Position numbers and translations under genes: made by a program. DNA of 64,000 nt, taken from Christensenellaceae bacterium (GTDB lineage: Bacteria; Bacillota; Clostridia; Christensenellales; CAG-138). The stretch spans positions 18,310-82,309 of the forward strand of contig JAISKB010000022.1 of NCBI GenBank assembly GCA_031261085.1, written 5' to 3'. The notes beneath the pieces are model-generated. The model was not told where the DNA came from. It saw only the letters and a program-made list of their open reading frames with translations, and ran no database searches. Positions 28,196 through 39,208 of this stretch are shown piece after piece (positions within the stretch are counted from its first letter, which is position 1; each line of letters opens with the position of its first letter).

Positions 28196-29455
28196 TTAAC
28201 CCAAGAAGCCCTTATAATGCCGCATGAGCATCAGGCTCTCGAGCTGTTCGCTGGTTTCCAGCGCCACGTTTACGAGTATCAGCACGCTGGTGGGGCCAAA
28301 CATGGAGTTCATCCCGAAGCCGTTCATAAACAACGCCGGGAATATCGCCAGCAGCATGAGGAAGAACGCGCCAAACAGCGTGAGGCGGTTGCAGATTTTG
28401 GCGAGGTAATCGCCCGTGGGCTTGCCCGGGCGTATACCGGGGATGAAGCCGCCGTTTTGCTGCAGGTTTTTGCTGATTTCCACCGGGTTAAAGGTGATGG
28501 CGCTGTAGAAGTAGGCGAAGCCCACAATCAGCAGAGCGTAAATCACATAGTACACCGGGGTACCGGCGGACAGATACTTTAGGTAAAACTGGTAGAAGCT
28601 GCCGTTGGGCCAAAACTGGCCTATCATGCCGGGCACCTGCATCAGCGTAACGGCGAATATCAGCGGCATAACGCCGTTGGCGTTCGCTTTGAGCGGGATG
28701 TGGGTTGCCTGGCCGCCATACATCTTGCGGCCCACAACGCGCTTGGCATACTGCACTGGGATGCGGCGAACCGCACGATCCACCAGCACGACCAGCGCGA
28801 TGATGGCCAGCGCTATCACGATCAGCGCGGGGATAATCCACCAGCGGTAGGTTGACGAGATAAACACGCCGCGGAATATGGATATGAACACGCGCGGTAC
28901 CTGCGAGCAGATGGAAGCGAATATCACGATGGAGATACCGTTGCCGATACCCTTTTCGGTGATGCGCTCACCCATCCATACCAAAAAGGCCGTGCCCGCC
29001 GTACATACGATACCGATGGTTACATACACATACCAGGCGGTGGATATGACCACGTCGCTGCCCAAGCCGATTACGATACCCACGCTCTGTATCAGCGCAA
29101 GGCCGATACCGGTATAGCGGGTGATCTCCTCGAGCTTTTGGCGGCCGTCCTCTTCTTTAGAGAGACGCTCCAGCGAGGGGATGGCAATGGTGAGCAGCTG
29201 GATTACGATGGAGCCCGTGATATAGGGCGAAATACCCATCGCAAAAATCGTAAACTGGCCAAAGCTGCCGCCCGAGAGCAGATTGAGGAAGTTGAGGATG
29301 TCGTACTGCCCGGCTGCCTCCGCAATTTTGGTTGCGTCTACAAACGGCACGGGTATAAAGGAACCAAACCGATACACCATGATTAAAAGCAGCGTGAACA
29401 GCATCTTGGTGCGGATATCCTTGATATGCCAAGCATTGATGATGGTTTTAAACAT
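28196..29455 (-). CDS. secY: Preprotein translocase SecY
   Basis: GISPYIT, GIGNGIS, IPGIRPG. Confidence 0.97.
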   Translation of the reverse strand: MFKTIINAWHIKDIRTKMLFTLLLIMVYRFGSFIPVPFVDATKIAEAAGQYDILNFLNLLSGGSFGQFTIFAMGISPYITGSIVIQLLTIAIPSLERLSKEEDGRQKLEEITRYTGIGLALIQSVGIVIGLGSDVVISTAWYVYVTIGIVCTAGTAFLVWMGERITEKGIGNGISIVIFASICSQVPRVFISIFRGVFISSTYRWWIIPALIVIALAIIALVVLVDRAVRRIPVQYAKRVVGRKMYGGQATHIPLKANANGVMPLIFAVTLMQVPGMIGQFWPNGSFYQFYLKYLSAGTPVYYVIYALLIVGFAYFYSAITFNPVEISKNLQQNGGFIPGIRPGKPTGDYLAKICNRLTLFGAFFLMLLAIFPALFMNGFGMNSMFGPTSVLILVNVALETSEQLESLMLMRHYKGFLG

Positions 29456-29895
29456 CAAACCACCTCAACACTTCCGCCTGCGGCCTCTATGGCTGCCTTC
29501 GCTGTCTCGGTGAACTTGGCAGCTTTAACATCCAATTTTTTGGTCAGCTCGCCGCGGCCCAATACCTTAAGGCCATCCTTTTCGATTTTGCTGATCACAC
29601 CGCTCTGCTTAAGCAGCTCGGCGGTAACCACCGCGCCATCATCCAGCCTGTTGAGCGTTTCGATGTTGATGGTGGTGTATTCTTTAGCGAATATGTTGGT
29701 GAAGCCGCGCTTAGGCAAACGGCGCGCAAGAGGCATTTGGCCGCCTTCGAAACCGTTCTTTTTGCTGCCGCTGCGGGCCTTTTGGCCCTTATGGCCGTAG
29801 CCTGCCGTTTTGCCCAGGCCCGAGCCCGTACCGCGGCCAACGCGCTTTTTTGCGTGTGTAGAGCCTTCTTGGGGCCGTAATTCATGTAGTTTCAT
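29455..29895 (-). CDS. rplO: 50S ribosomal protein L15
   Basis: [19 protein letters not shown]. Confidence 0.97.
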   Translation of the reverse strand: MKLHELRPQEGSTHAKKRVGRGTGSGLGKTAGYGHKGQKARSGSKKNGFEGGQMPLARRLPKRGFTNIFAKEYTTINIETLNRLDDGAVVTAELLKQSGVISKIEKDGLKVLGRGELTKKLDVKAAKFTETAKAAIEAAGGSVEVV

Positions 29896-29906
29896 ATGCA
29901 CCTCCG

Positions 29907-30089
29907 TTATACTTCTTCGACCTTGACCAGGTGCTTAACCTTAAAAACCATGCCGCGGATACAAGCGTTATCGGGCTTGATAACGGTATGATTGGTCTTG
30001 TGAAGGCCAAGAGCCTTCACAGTGGCCTTCTGGTCTTTGAGGGCGCCGATGGTGCTCTTTACGAGCGTAATTTGTAGGTTGTTAGCCAT
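29907..30089 (-). CDS. rpmD: 50S ribosomal protein L30
   Basis: [15 protein letters not shown]; spc order. Confidence 0.95.
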   Translation of the reverse strand: MANNLQITLVKSTIGALKDQKATVKALGLHKTNHTVIKPDNACIRGMVFKVKHLVKVEEV

Positions 30090-30102
30090 TGTTGCATCCT
30101 CC

Positions 30103-30606
30103 TTAGCCCAGGATATCTTCTACGGTTTTGCCGCGAAGTTTGGCGATTTCCTCGGCGGTGCGCAGCTGCGTTAAGCCATCGATGGTGGCCTTCACACAGT
30201 TTGCGGGGTTGTTAGAGCCAAAGCTCTTGGTGCGAATATCCTTCACACCCACCATTTCGAGCACCGCGCGCGCGGGGCCGCCCGCTATAACGCCGGTACC
30301 TTCTTCGGCAGGCAGCATACGCACATGGCCCTTGCCAAACCGGCCCTCTACCGCATGCGGGATGCTGGTGCCCACGATAGGCACCTCTACCATGTGACGC
30401 TTGGCGTCCTCTACCCCTTTGCGCACGGCTTCGGGGATTTCGGCCGCTTTGCCCATGCCCACACCAACGTGGCCGTTTTCATCGCCCACTACCATGAGCG
30501 CGGAAAAGCGGAAGTTGCGGCCGCCCTTTACGACTTTGGCAACGCGGTTGATGGAAACAAGCCTCTCTTTTAAATCCAGTGCGGATGCATCAATACGTTT
30601 CTGCAT
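30103..30606 (-). CDS. rpsE: 30S ribosomal protein S5
   Basis: [18 protein letters not shown]. Confidence 0.97.
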   Translation of the reverse strand: MQKRIDASALDLKERLVSINRVAKVVKGGRNFRFSALMVVGDENGHVGVGMGKAAEIPEAVRKGVEDAKRHMVEVPIVGTSIPHAVEGRFGKGHVRMLPAEEGTGVIAGGPARAVLEMVGVKDIRTKSFGSNNPANCVKATIDGLTQLRTAEEIAKLRGKTVEDILG

Positions 30607-30617
30607 GTTGTACCTCC

Positions 30618-30986
30618 TTAGAATTCCAGCCCGGCTTTGCGGGCGGCTTCAGCCAGTTCGGCAATGCGGCCCGCATACAGGTACCCGCCACGGTCGAACA
30701 CGACCAGCTTGATGCCCTTTTCCACCGCGCGCTTGCCGATGAGCTCGCCCACCAGCTGCGCCGCTTGCTTTTTGTTTTTACCCTCGAGCTGACCCTTTAT
30801 TTCAGCATCCAGCGTAGATGCCGAAGCAATGGTATGGGAGGTTTCGTCGTTGATGACCTGCGCGTAGATGTTGTTGAGGCTGCGATATACGTTGAGCCGC
30901 GGACGCTCGTTCGTACCCACGATATGCCTGCGGGTGCGGTCGTGACGAGCCTTACGCACAGCGTTTTTATCGAGTTTTGAAATCAT
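30618..30986 (-). CDS. rplR: 50S ribosomal protein L18
   Basis: [15 protein letters not shown]. Confidence 0.97.
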   Translation of the reverse strand: MISKLDKNAVRKARHDRTRRHIVGTNERPRLNVYRSLNNIYAQVINDETSHTIASASTLDAEIKGQLEGKNKKQAAQLVGELIGKRAVEKGIKLVVFDRGGYLYAGRIAELAEAARKAGLEF

Positions 30987-31008
30987 ACTGCTACTCCTTC
31001 TCTACGCA

Positions 31009-31548
31009 TTATTTGCCCGTCTTGCCTTCTTTGCGGCGGACGTGCTCGTTTTCGTAACGGATGCCCTTGCCCTTATAGGGTTCCGGCTCGCGTACCGCAC
31101 GGATATCTGCCGCCACCTGGCCGACCTGCTGTTTGCTGATGCCCTTTACCACGATGCGAGTAGGGGCCGGTACTTCAAAAGAAATACCCTGGGGGGGCGC
31201 AACCTCAACGGGGTGCGAATACCCTACGTTGATCACCAGCGTGGTGCCCTGCATTTGCGCACGGTAACCTACGCCTACTATGTCGAGGTTCTTTTGGTAG
31301 CCATCCGTTACACCCACCACCATGTTGTTGACGAGGGAACGGGAAAGGCCGTGCAGCGCCCGGTGCTGCTTCGCATCGCTTGGACGCTTTACGCTTAAAA
31401 CGCCGTCTTCGATGGTGAGCTGCATCTCTTTGGAGATCTTTTCGCTCAACTCGCCCTTGGGGCCTTTTACAATCACGGTGTTATCGTCGCCGACCGTGAT
31501 TGTCACTCCGCCGGGAATGTTGATCGGAAGTTTTCCGATTCGTGACAT
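31009..31548 (-). CDS. rplF: 50S ribosomal protein L6
   Basis: [17 protein letters not shown]. Confidence 0.97.
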   Translation of the reverse strand: MSRIGKLPINIPGGVTITVGDDNTVIVKGPKGELSEKISKEMQLTIEDGVLSVKRPSDAKQHRALHGLSRSLVNNMVVGVTDGYQKNLDIVGVGYRAQMQGTTLVINVGYSHPVEVAPPQGISFEVPAPTRIVVKGISKQQVGQVAADIRAVREPEPYKGKGIRYENEHVRRKEGKTGK

Positions 31549-31581
31549 GGATTACACCTCCATTGTGTGAATTTGTTTTTT

Positions 31582-31649
31582 AATACCGCTGGGGAAGACG
31601 ATGAACCATCCCCCTGGGAACCGCCACTGGTGCGGTGCCCGGCAATACT
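31582..31649 (-). promoter_or_regulatory. Candidate three-way-junction RNA between rpsH and rplF
   Basis: Closing stem AGUAUUGC/GCGGUAUU enclosing two hairpins (see findings). Confidence 0.45.
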
Positions 31650-32048
31650 TTACCAGATATACGCGAGCACTTCGCCGCCAACGCCCTGCTTGCGGGCTTC
31701 CCTGTCGGTCATGATGCCGCGGGATGTGGATAGCACGGCTATGCCCAAGCCGTTGAGCACCCGGGGGATATTATCCCTGCGGGCATACACCCGTAAACCG
31801 GGCTTGGAGATGCGCTTGAGGCCGGTGATGACCTTGGCGCGGTTGGCGCCGTACTTGAGGTTGATGTGGATGCTTTTGGCCACGCCCTCCTCACGCACGT
31901 CAAACCCTTTGATGTAGCCCTCCTCGAGCAGGATCTCGGCGATCGCCTTTTTCACTGTGGAAAGGGGCACATCCACCTCATCGTGCCTAGCGATGAGAGC
32001 ATTGCGGATACGAGTGAGCATATCAGCGATGGGATCAGTAGTAACCAT
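31650..32048 (-). CDS. rpsH: 30S ribosomal protein S8
   Basis: [24 protein letters not shown]. Confidence 0.97.
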   Translation of the reverse strand: MVTTDPIADMLTRIRNALIARHDEVDVPLSTVKKAIAEILLEEGYIKGFDVREEGVAKSIHINLKYGANRAKVITGLKRISKPGLRVYARRDNIPRVLNGLGIAVLSTSRGIMTDREARKQGVGGEVLAYIW

Positions 32049-32070
32049 GATGTTGTCTCCTTTCTGCAGT

Positions 32071-32256
32071 TTACCAGCTCGCCTTGCGCACGCCGGGAAT
32101 CTCGCCTTTGTAAGCCATTTCGCGGAAGCAGATACGGCAGATGCCATACTTGCGCAGCACGCTGTGCGGCCGGCCGCAGATACGGCAGCGGGTATAAGCC
32201 CTGCTCGAAAACTTTGGCGCGCGAGATTGCTTTATTTTCATGCTAGTCTTAGCCAC
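32071..32256 (-). CDS. rpsZ: 30S ribosomal protein S14, type Z (Zn-binding)
   Basis: 61 aa, CRICG...CRICFR. Confidence 0.95.
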   Translation of the reverse strand: MAKTSMKIKQSRAPKFSSRAYTRCRICGRPHSVLRKYGICRICFREMAYKGEIPGVRKASW

Positions 32257-32274
32257 TATTGTCTTCCTCCTTCA

Positions 32275-32892
32275 TCAAGCCTGCGCAAAGGGCATGCCCA
32301 GCAAGCTGAGCAACGCTTTTGCTTCTTCATCGGTCTTCGCCGTGGTGACGAACACAATGTCCATACCGCGGGTCTTATCTACATCGTCGTAGTTGATCTC
32401 GGGGAAGATCAGTTGCTCCTTTACGCCCATGGCATAGTTGCCGCGGCCGTCAAAGCTGGCATCCGAAATGCCGCGGAAGTCGCGCACGCGGGGCAGCACG
32501 ATATTCATCAGCTTGTCGGCGAAATAGTACATACGGTCGCCGCGCAGGGTGACCTTTGCACCGATGTTCATGCCTTCGCGCACCTTAAAGTTTGCAACGG
32601 ACTTTTTGGCCTTGGTGACGACGGGCCTTTGCCCGGCGATAAGGCCCAGCTCGTTTACGGCGACCTCCAGCCCTTTGGCGTTGTCCTTTTCGGCGCCCAA
32701 GCCCATGTTCAGCACGATTTTATCGAGCTTTGGCACTTCGTTGGGGTTTTTATAGCCAAACTGTTCTTTCAGCTGCGGCACCACTTCGGAAGTATACCGG
32801 CCCTTGAGGCGAGGCGCTTCGGTAAAGGACTTGGCTTCCTGCTGTTGCTTCTTCTTGGCGGGTGCCGAAGACGCGCTTTCTTTCTTTGCCAT
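32275..32892 (-). CDS. rplE: 50S ribosomal protein L5 (N-terminal extension)
   Basis: [13 protein letters not shown]; RBS GGAGG before ATG 32892. Confidence 0.95.
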   Translation of the reverse strand: MAKKESASSAPAKKKQQQEAKSFTEAPRLKGRYTSEVVPQLKEQFGYKNPNEVPKLDKIVLNMGLGAEKDNAKGLEVAVNELGLIAGQRPVVTKAKKSVANFKVREGMNIGAKVTLRGDRMYYFADKLMNIVLPRVRDFRGISDASFDGRGNYAMGVKEQLIFPEINYDDVDKTRGMDIVFVTTAKTDEEAKALLSLLGMPFAQA

Positions 32893-32909
32893 TCTCTTTT
32901 CCTCCTGCC

Positions 32910-33227
32910 TTAGTCGATATTCTTGCCGCACTTTTTGCAAACGCGGACCTTCTTGTCGCCCTCAAACGCGTGGGCAACGCGCGTGGCCTTGTTACACTTG
33001 GGGCAAATCAGCATCACGTTGGATGCGTTGATGGTGCCCTCTTTGTTGATGCGCCCGCCCTCTTCGCCCTCTTTGCGGGGCTTGGTGTGGCAGATGATCA
33101 TATTTACGTTCTGCACGATCACGCGCTCGTTGCGGGGAAAAGCCGCCATGATCTTGCCCTTTTTGCCCTTATCCTTGCCGGTGATGACAACGACGGTATC
33201 GTCTTTTTTTACATTGAGTTTGTTCAT
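32910..33227 (-). CDS. rplX: 50S ribosomal protein L24
   Basis: [14 protein letters not shown] motif, ASNV. Confidence 0.96.
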   Translation of the reverse strand: MNKLNVKKDDTVVVITGKDKGKKGKIMAAFPRNERVIVQNVNMIICHTKPRKEGEEGGRINKEGTINASNVMLICPKCNKATRVAHAFEGDKKVRVCKKCGKNID

Positions 33228-33241
33228 GCTCTCATCCTCCC

Positions 33242-33610
33242 TCAAAGCACTTCGGGCGCGAGGGATACGATTTTCATGTAATCCTTCTCGCGCAGCTCAC
33301 GCGCTACTGGCCCGAAAATACGGGTGCCGCGGGGCTGCTTTTGGTCATTGATGATGACCGCGGCATTATCGTCGAAGCGGATGTGGCTGCCATCCGAGCG
33401 GTGTGTGCCCGTTATGGTGCGCACGACGACCGCGCGGACAACATCCTTCTTTTTGACCGCGCCGCCGGGGGAAGCCGACTTGACGGAAGCGACGATTACA
33501 TCGCCGATGTTGGCGGTTTTACGGTGGGAGCCGCCCAGCACGCGGATGCACATAATCTCTTTGGCGCCGCTGTTATCCGCAACTTTCAATCTGGTTTGGG
33601 GTTGTATCAT
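33242..33610 (-). CDS. rplN: 50S ribosomal protein L14
   Basis: [16 protein letters not shown]. Confidence 0.98.
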   Translation of the reverse strand: MIQPQTRLKVADNSGAKEIMCIRVLGGSHRKTANIGDVIVASVKSASPGGAVKKKDVVRAVVVRTITGTHRSDGSHIRFDDNAAVIINDQKQPRGTRIFGPVARELREKDYMKIVSLAPEVL

Positions 33611-33628
33611 ATCGGTCTCCTTCCTGGC

Positions 33629-33886
33629 TTACTTGGCCTTTTCGATAATTTCGACCATGCGCCAGCGCTTATCTTTGCTCAGCCGGCGGGTCTCCATAAT
33701 TTTAACGGTATCGCCGATGCCACAGGCGTTCTCTTCGTCGTGTGCTTTAAACTTGCGGGTGCGGTTTACCATCTTGCCATAGAGGGGATGGCGCACCTTG
33801 GTCTTGATGGCGACCACAATGGTTTTATCCATTTTATCGCTGACCACCACGCCGGTTTGCGTTTTACGATAGCCTCTGTTTTCCAC
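33629..33886 (-). CDS. rpsQ: 30S ribosomal protein S17
   Basis: [17 protein letters not shown]. Confidence 0.97.
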   Translation of the reverse strand: MENRGYRKTQTGVVVSDKMDKTIVVAIKTKVRHPLYGKMVNRTRKFKAHDEENACGIGDTVKIMETRRLSKDKRWRMVEIIEKAK

Positions 33887-33907
33887 GATGATATTCTCCT
33901 TTCACCC

Positions 33908-34108
33908 TTACTCGGCCGCTTTGAGCTCACGCTCACACAGGAGCGTTTTTACTCGGGCGACATCCTTTTTGCATTCACGAATGCGCTGCGGGTTGGTGAG
34001 CTGGCCGGTGGCCAACTGGAAACGGAGGTTGAAAAACTCTTTCTTGAGCTCCTTTTCCTTGGAGATGAGCTCCTCGGTCGAAAGTTTTCTAAGTTCGTTA
34101 GCCTTCAT
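33908..34108 (-). CDS. rpmC: 50S ribosomal protein L29
   Basis: [17 protein letters not shown]. Confidence 0.96.
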   Translation of the reverse strand: MKANELRKLSTEELISKEKELKKEFFNLRFQLATGQLTNPQRIRECKKDVARVKTLLCERELKAAE

Positions 34109-34535
34109 TGCTCTCGCCTCCTGCCTCGGTCTCTTTCTTGAGGACTTTGCACTTGATGGGCAGCTTGTTCATGGCCAAGCGCAGCGCCTCGTGGGCGACT
34201 TCTTCTTCTACCCCGGCGATTTCAAACATAACGCGGCCGGGCTTTACAACGGCTACCCAATATTCCGGCGCGCCTTTACCAGAACCCATACGGGTGCCGA
34301 TAGGCTTGGCGGTTACGGGTTTATCGGGGAAAATCTTTATCCATACCTTGCCGCCACGCTTGATATAACGGGTCATGGCAACACGGGCCGCTTCTATTTG
34401 GTTGCTGGTTATCCAGCCGGGCTGCTGCGCCACAAGGCCGAAATCACCATATGCCACAAAGTTGCCGCGGTGGGCTGTGCCCTTCATGCGGCCACGGTGC
34501 ACTCTCCTGTGCTTGACTCTCTTAGGCATCAACAT
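34098..34535 (-). CDS. rplP: 50S ribosomal protein L16
   Basis: [21 protein letters not shown]. Confidence 0.97.
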   Translation of the reverse strand: MLMPKRVKHRRVHRGRMKGTAHRGNFVAYGDFGLVAQQPGWITSNQIEAARVAMTRYIKRGGKVWIKIFPDKPVTAKPIGTRMGSGKGAPEYWVAVVKPGRVMFEIAGVEEEVAHEALRLAMNKLPIKCKVLKKETEAGGESNEG

Positions 34536-34549
34536 GGTTATTTGCCTCC

Positions 34550-35194
34550 TTACGCTTTCTTTTGTTTGCTCAGCACTTCGCCTTTGTATATCCACACCTT
34601 GCAGCCGATGCGGCCATAGGTGGTGTGGGCTTCGGCGAAGCCGTACTCGATATCGGCGCGCATGGTCTGCAGCGGGATGGACCCGTCGTGGTACCCTTCG
34701 TTGCGCGCGATTTCGGCGCCGCCCAGGCGGCCCGAGCACAGGAGCTTGATACCCTTGGCGCCCGCTTTCATGGAGCGCTGCATCGCCTGCTTCATGGCAC
34801 GGCGGAAGCTGATGCGCTTTTCGAGCTGCGCGGCGATATTTTCGGCCACGAGCTGGGCATTGGTATCGGGGTTGCGGACTTCCATGATGTTCACGTTCAC
34901 GGGTTTGCCCACCAGCGCCGAAACATCCGCCTTGATGGCGTCTACGCCCAAGCCGCCCTTGCCTATCAGCATGCCGGGGCGCGCGGTGAAAATGCTTACC
35001 GTCACTTTGTTGGCGGCGCGCTCGATTTCTATCTTAGAAACACCGGCGGAAAAATGCGCTTTCTTCAGGTGATCGCGGATCTTCCTATCCTCGATGAGGT
35101 AGTCGGAAAATTCCTTCTTCGAAGCGTACCAGCGGGTGTTCCAATCGCGGATAACGCCTACGCGGAAGCCATTCGGATTAACTTTTTGTCCCAT
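34550..35194 (-). CDS. rpsC: 30S ribosomal protein S3
   Basis: [17 protein letters not shown]. Confidence 0.97.
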   Translation of the reverse strand: MGQKVNPNGFRVGVIRDWNTRWYASKKEFSDYLIEDRKIRDHLKKAHFSAGVSKIEIERAANKVTVSIFTARPGMLIGKGGLGVDAIKADVSALVGKPVNVNIMEVRNPDTNAQLVAENIAAQLEKRISFRRAMKQAMQRSMKAGAKGIKLLCSGRLGGAEIARNEGYHDGSIPLQTMRADIEYGFAEAHTTYGRIGCKVWIYKGEVLSKQKKA

Positions 35195-35204
35195 ACTTTC
35201 CTCC

Positions 35205-35591
35205 TTATTTGGCCTGATCCAGGATCACGGTAATGTGGCTGGTGCGCTTGCGGATGCGGCTTGCGCTGCCTTTTGCGCGGGGGCGGAAACGCTTGAGCGT
35301 TGGGCCCTGGTTGGCAAAAACCTCTGCGACATACAGCGTATCGGCGGAAAGGCCCAGGTTGTTCTCCGCATTGGCTATGGCGCTGTTGAGCAGCTTGAGC
35401 ACCGGCTCAGAGGCCGCTTTGGGCGTAAACTGCAATATGCCTTGCGCCTCTCGAACGCTTTTACCGCGGATCAAATCGATGACGATCTTGATCTTGCGGG
35501 AGGAAATACGGATGTAGCGGGCAATCGCATGGGGACGCCTATCGGCGTTTTCACGGCGCGCCGCTGATTTGAGTTTGGATCTGGTTGCCAT
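35205..35591 (-). CDS. rplV: 50S ribosomal protein L22
   Basis: [16 protein letters not shown]. Confidence 0.96.
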   Translation of the reverse strand: MATRSKLKSAARRENADRRPHAIARYIRISSRKIKIVIDLIRGKSVREAQGILQFTPKAASEPVLKLLNSAIANAENNLGLSADTLYVAEVFANQGPTLKRFRPRAKGSASRIRKRTSHITVILDQAK

Positions 35592-35608
35592 CTGGTTTGC
35601 CTCCTTCC

Positions 35609-35890
35609 TTACCTGCCGCCCGTGCTCTTTTCAGAGCCGCGGTGGCCACGGAATGTGCGGGTGGGGGCGAACTCGCCCAGCTTATGACCCACCATCTCCT
35701 CGGTTACATATACAGGGACATGCTTCCTCCCATCGTGCACCGCAATGGTATGACCTACCATATCGGGGAAGATGGTGGAGGCGCGCGACCATGTTTTAAT
35801 CACGGTCTTTTTGCCGCTCTGGTTCATATCCTGTACGCGTTTGAGCAAACGCGCTTCAATAAACGGGCCTTTCTTAATTGACCTGCTCAT
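35609..35890 (-). CDS. rpsS: 30S ribosomal protein S19
   Basis: [16 protein letters not shown]. Confidence 0.98.
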   Translation of the reverse strand: MSRSIKKGPFIEARLLKRVQDMNQSGKKTVIKTWSRASTIFPDMVGHTIAVHDGRKHVPVYVTEEMVGHKLGEFAPTRTFRGHRGSEKSTGGR

Positions 35891-35908
35891 GCTGTACTCC
35901 TTTCCCTA

Positions 35909-36742
35909 TCACTTACCGTCCCTGCGGCGGACGATGAACTTGTCGTTGACGTTCTTTGTCTTGCGGGTTTTATATCCGAGCGCGGGCTTACCCCAAGGGG
36001 TAACCGGGCCGGGATGGCCGATGGGGCTTTTGCCCTCGCCGCCGCCGTGCGGGTGATCGCACGGGTTCATGACGGAACCGCGTACCGTGGGGCGGAAGCC
36101 TTTGTGCCGGGTACGGCCGGCTTTGCCCAGCATGATGTTGCCGTGATCCGCATTGCCCACCTGGCCGATGGTCGCCTTGGCGTTCATCGGGATGCGGCGA
36201 ACCTCGCCGCTGGGCAGGCGAACCTGCGCATACGCGCCCTCTTTGGCCATGAGCTGCGCGGCGTTGCCCGCCGAGCGCACCAGCTGCGCGCCCTTGCCAG
36301 GCTTAAGCTCGATGCAGTGTATCATGGTACCCACGGGGATGTTCTTGATTTCGAGCGCGTTGCCTACTTTAATATCGGCGCCTTCGCCGGAGAGCAGCGT
36401 GTCGCCTACCTGCAGGCCCAGCGGTGCGATGATGTAGCGCTTTTCGCCATCCGCATAGTGCAGCAGTGCGATGTTGGCGCTGCGGTTGGGGTCGTACTCG
36501 ATGGTAGCGACCTTGGCGGGAACGGCATCTTTATTGCGCTTAAAGTCGATGATGCGGTACTTGCGCCTTGCGCCGCCGCCGCGATGCCGCACGGTGATGC
36601 GGCCCTGGTTGTTGCGGCCGCCCGAGGAACGAAGGTCTTCGAGCAGGGAACGTTCCGGCGTGGTGCAGGTGATCTCTTCAAAAGCGGAAACCGTCATGCC
36701 GCGTTGGCCCGGCGTTGTCGGCTTAATCTTTCTGATTGCCAT
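35909..36742 (-). CDS. rplB: 50S ribosomal protein L2
   Basis: [17 protein letters not shown]. Confidence 0.98.
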   Translation of the reverse strand: MAIRKIKPTTPGQRGMTVSAFEEITCTTPERSLLEDLRSSGGRNNQGRITVRHRGGGARRKYRIIDFKRNKDAVPAKVATIEYDPNRSANIALLHYADGEKRYIIAPLGLQVGDTLLSGEGADIKVGNALEIKNIPVGTMIHCIELKPGKGAQLVRSAGNAAQLMAKEGAYAQVRLPSGEVRRIPMNAKATIGQVGNADHGNIMLGKAGRTRHKGFRPTVRGSVMNPCDHPHGGGEGKSPIGHPGPVTPWGKPALGYKTRKTKNVNDKFIVRRRDGK

Positions 36743-36760
36743 AGGTGTGTGCCCCCTTCC

Positions 36761-37057
36761 TTACTGGGTGATGCTATCGAAGAACTCGATGCCTTTGGAG
36801 TCCTTCTTCAGCTTCACATACGCTTTTTTTACGGAAGGACGGCGGCCTTCGTGCGCGCCCTGCCGCTTGATTTTGCCCAGCACATTAACCGTGTGGACGC
36901 TATCGACCTTTACGCCAAAAACCTCTTCAACGGCTTGCTTTACTTCCGTTTTGCTGGCCTTCTTATCAACGATGAAGGTATATACCTTGGAAGGAAGGAA
37001 ATCATAGCTCTTTTCGGTAAGAACGGGCCGTATGATAATATCGTGAGCGTTCTGCAT
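36761..37057 (-). CDS. rplW: 50S ribosomal protein L23
   Basis: PVLTEKS, KKAYV. Confidence 0.96.
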   Translation of the reverse strand: MQNAHDIIIRPVLTEKSYDFLPSKVYTFIVDKKASKTEVKQAVEEVFGVKVDSVHTVNVLGKIKRQGAHEGRRPSVKKAYVKLKKDSKGIEFFDSITQ

Positions 37058-37677
37058 TACGCATACACCTCCTCGATTTTGGCAAGCGAATCCTTGGTGA
37101 GGATCAACGTGTCGTACTTGAGTATTTCGTAAACGTTCAGCGTGCCCACCAGGGTGGTTTTCACATTGGGGATGTTGCCGGTAGCCCGCTCTACGATTTC
37201 ATCCCGCTCGGGCAAAACCACGAGCGCTTTGTTGGCCTTTATGGCCGCGAGCACCTTAATCATCTCCTTGGTTTTGGGGGCCGCTATATCCAGCGCGTCA
37301 AACACGATGACGGCTTTATCGTTGGCCTTGGCGGAGAGCGCGCTCTTCATGGCAAGGCGCTTTACCTTCTTGTTGACGCTGATGCGGTAATCCCGCGGCT
37401 TGGGCGCAAACACCACGCCGCCGTGCGTCCACTGCGGGGAGCGGATGGAGCCTTGACGGGCGCGGCCCGTACCCTTTTGACGCCACGGCTTAATGCCGCC
37501 GCCGCGCACCTCGGCGCGGGTGAGGGCGCTTTGGGTGCCCTGACGCTGGTTGGCCAAATACGCGCGCACAACCGTGTGCAGAACCGTCGCGTTGACTTCC
37601 TGCGCGAAAATGGCGTCGCTCAGCTTCACCTTGCCGATCTTCTCGCCGGCAATATTGTACAATGCAACACTAGGCAT
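37057..37677 (-). CDS. rplD: 50S ribosomal protein L4
   Basis: [15 protein letters not shown]. Confidence 0.97.
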   Translation of the reverse strand: MPSVALYNIAGEKIGKVKLSDAIFAQEVNATVLHTVVRAYLANQRQGTQSALTRAEVRGGGIKPWRQKGTGRARQGSIRSPQWTHGGVVFAPKPRDYRISVNKKVKRLAMKSALSAKANDKAVIVFDALDIAAPKTKEMIKVLAAIKANKALVVLPERDEIVERATGNIPNVKTTLVGTLNVYEILKYDTLILTKDSLAKIEEVYA

Positions 37678-37691
37678 TCTTGCTTCCTCCT

Positions 37692-38318
37692 TTACTTAAC
37701 CGACTCACGAACCATAACCAAGCCGCCCTTTGCGCCGGGGATGGCGCCCTTAATCAGCAGCAGGTTGCGGTCGGCATCCACACGCACCACCTCGAGGTTT
37801 TGCACGGTAGAGCGCTCGAAGCCCATATGACCGGGCAGATGCTTGGAACGGAATACCTCGCCGGGGTAAGAGCAGGCGCCCATGGAACCGGCTACGCGGT
37901 AGGAGTGGGAACCGTGCGTTTTGCGCCCGCGGGCTTGATTCCAACGCTTGATGTTACCCGCAAAGCCTTTGCCCTTGCTGGTGCCCGTTACGTCTACCGC
38001 ATCGCCGTTTGCGAAGATGTCAGCTTTGATGACCTGTCCTACCTCGAAAGCAGCGGTATCATCGAACTTAAACTCGCGGGTATAGCGGTGGGCCTGCGCG
38101 CCGGCCTTTTTGAAGTGGCCGAGCATGGGCTTGGTGCAGAGCTTTTCGCGGATGGGCTTGAAGGCGACCTGTACGGCCTCATAGCCATCATGTTCCTGGG
38201 TTTTCTTTTGCACAACGGGGCAGGGGCCGGCCAAAACCACGCTTACGGGAATCATGGTGCCGTCTTCCCTAAACAACTGCGTCATGCCGACTTTGGTGCC
38301 CAAAATAGCTTTTTTCAT
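37692..38318 (-). CDS. rplC: 50S ribosomal protein L3
   Basis: [14 protein letters not shown]. Confidence 0.97.
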   Translation of the reverse strand: MKKAILGTKVGMTQLFREDGTMIPVSVVLAGPCPVVQKKTQEHDGYEAVQVAFKPIREKLCTKPMLGHFKKAGAQAHRYTREFKFDDTAAFEVGQVIKADIFANGDAVDVTGTSKGKGFAGNIKRWNQARGRKTHGSHSYRVAGSMGACSYPGEVFRSKHLPGHMGFERSTVQNLEVVRVDADRNLLLIKGAIPGAKGGLVMVRESVK

Positions 38319-38337
38319 CTTTGTTCACCTCCGAAAC

Positions 38338-38646
38338 TCAAAGCTTTATCTCGATGTCGACACCGGCGGGAAGATCGAGCTTCATCAGCGCATCCACCGT
38401 TTTGGCGGAAGGCTGCAGTATGTCGATCAGGCGCTTATGGGTACGCATCTCGAATTGCTCGCGGCTATCTTTATATTTGTGGGGCGAGCGGAGAATGGTA
38501 ACGATTTCTTTCTCGGTAGGAAGGGGGATGGGGCCGGATACGCGTGCGCCGGTCCGTTTGGCCGTATCGACGATTTTTTCGGCGCTCTGGTCAATCAAAT
38601 CGTGCTCATAGGCCTTGAGCTTAATGCGAATCTTTTGGTTTGCCAT
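38338..38646 (-). CDS. rpsJ: 30S ribosomal protein S10
   Basis: [22 protein letters not shown]; AAGGAGG RBS. Confidence 0.97.
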   Translation of the reverse strand: MANQKIRIKLKAYEHDLIDQSAEKIVDTAKRTGARVSGPIPLPTEKEIVTILRSPHKYKDSREQFEMRTHKRLIDILQPSAKTVDALMKLDLPAGVDIEIKL

Positions 38647-38659
38647 ATTATTTTGCTCC

Positions 38660-38845
38660 TCCTTTAAAGTATCGGGCAGTACACGCACTCGAGTGTTTCT
38701 TTTTAAAAATACTCGCGCGGGCAAGCCCGTTGCCCGTTTGTGGGCGCCCCGCGGAAATTACCCGGATGGCAATAGCCGGCAACCTCCCGCCTGGGCTGAT
38801 TTCGCATATAACACGCGAAAACAGCTGCGCTTTTTGCGCAACGTG
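38660..38845 (-). promoter_or_regulatory. S10-operon structured leader RNA (S10-Clostridia/Bacillota-type)
   Basis: About 200-nt leader containing GGGAGGTTGCCGG...CCGGGTAATTTCCGCGG, similar to Bacillota rpsJ leaders as I recall them; multiple hairpins. Confidence 0.6.
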
Positions 38846-38848
38846 TTT

Positions 38849-38877
38849 ATATTACATGAAAAACACCGCAAGCGCAA
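38849..38877 (-). promoter_or_regulatory. Sigma-A promoter of the S10 operon
   Basis: TTGCGC, 17 nt spacer, TAATAT, with an A-rich UP-like tract upstream. Confidence 0.65.
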
Positions 38878-39095
38878 GCTTTTTTTTAAGTTTTTTGGAT
38901 TTATTTTGAAATGTCCACGCACCCGCGTGTTTCATGCTATATGTTGTGGTATGAGTTGGTGTGGGATACAAGGGTTTTGTGCCCATCCCCCGCCAAAGCA
39001 TAACCCGTTTCCAATTTTTCCGAAATGGTATGAAACGGATTCTCTCTGCGGGGCAAGGGAAGAAGCCTCCATAATATCTTATTCCCTCCATGCGA

Positions 39096-39153
39096 GGGGG
39101 TCTGGAGGCGTAGCAACGCCTCCAGACGGGGTGCGGGGACAGGAGTCCCCGCA
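39096..39153. repeat. Tandem GC-rich hairpins (REP/BIME-like)
   Basis: GTCTGGAGGCGT-AGCA-ACGCCTCCAGAC and TGCGGGGAC-AGGA-GTCCCCGCA, each led by GGGGT. Confidence 0.6.
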
Positions 39154-39208
39154 AAACGTTTCCTAAAAAGCCCCCTCACAGTGAGAGCGGGTTAAGGGTG
39201 GAAACCCA

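Noticed and set aside
38935-38949. NrdR-box-like sequence ATGCTATATGTTGTG upstream of the S10 promoter
   Set aside because: Single imperfect copy with no ribonucleotide reductase gene nearby; NrdR boxes normally occur in tandem
38880-39208. Island boundary as an integrative element att site
   Set aside because: No integrase, tRNA or flanking direct repeat found at either end (about 39.2 kb and 60.3 kb)
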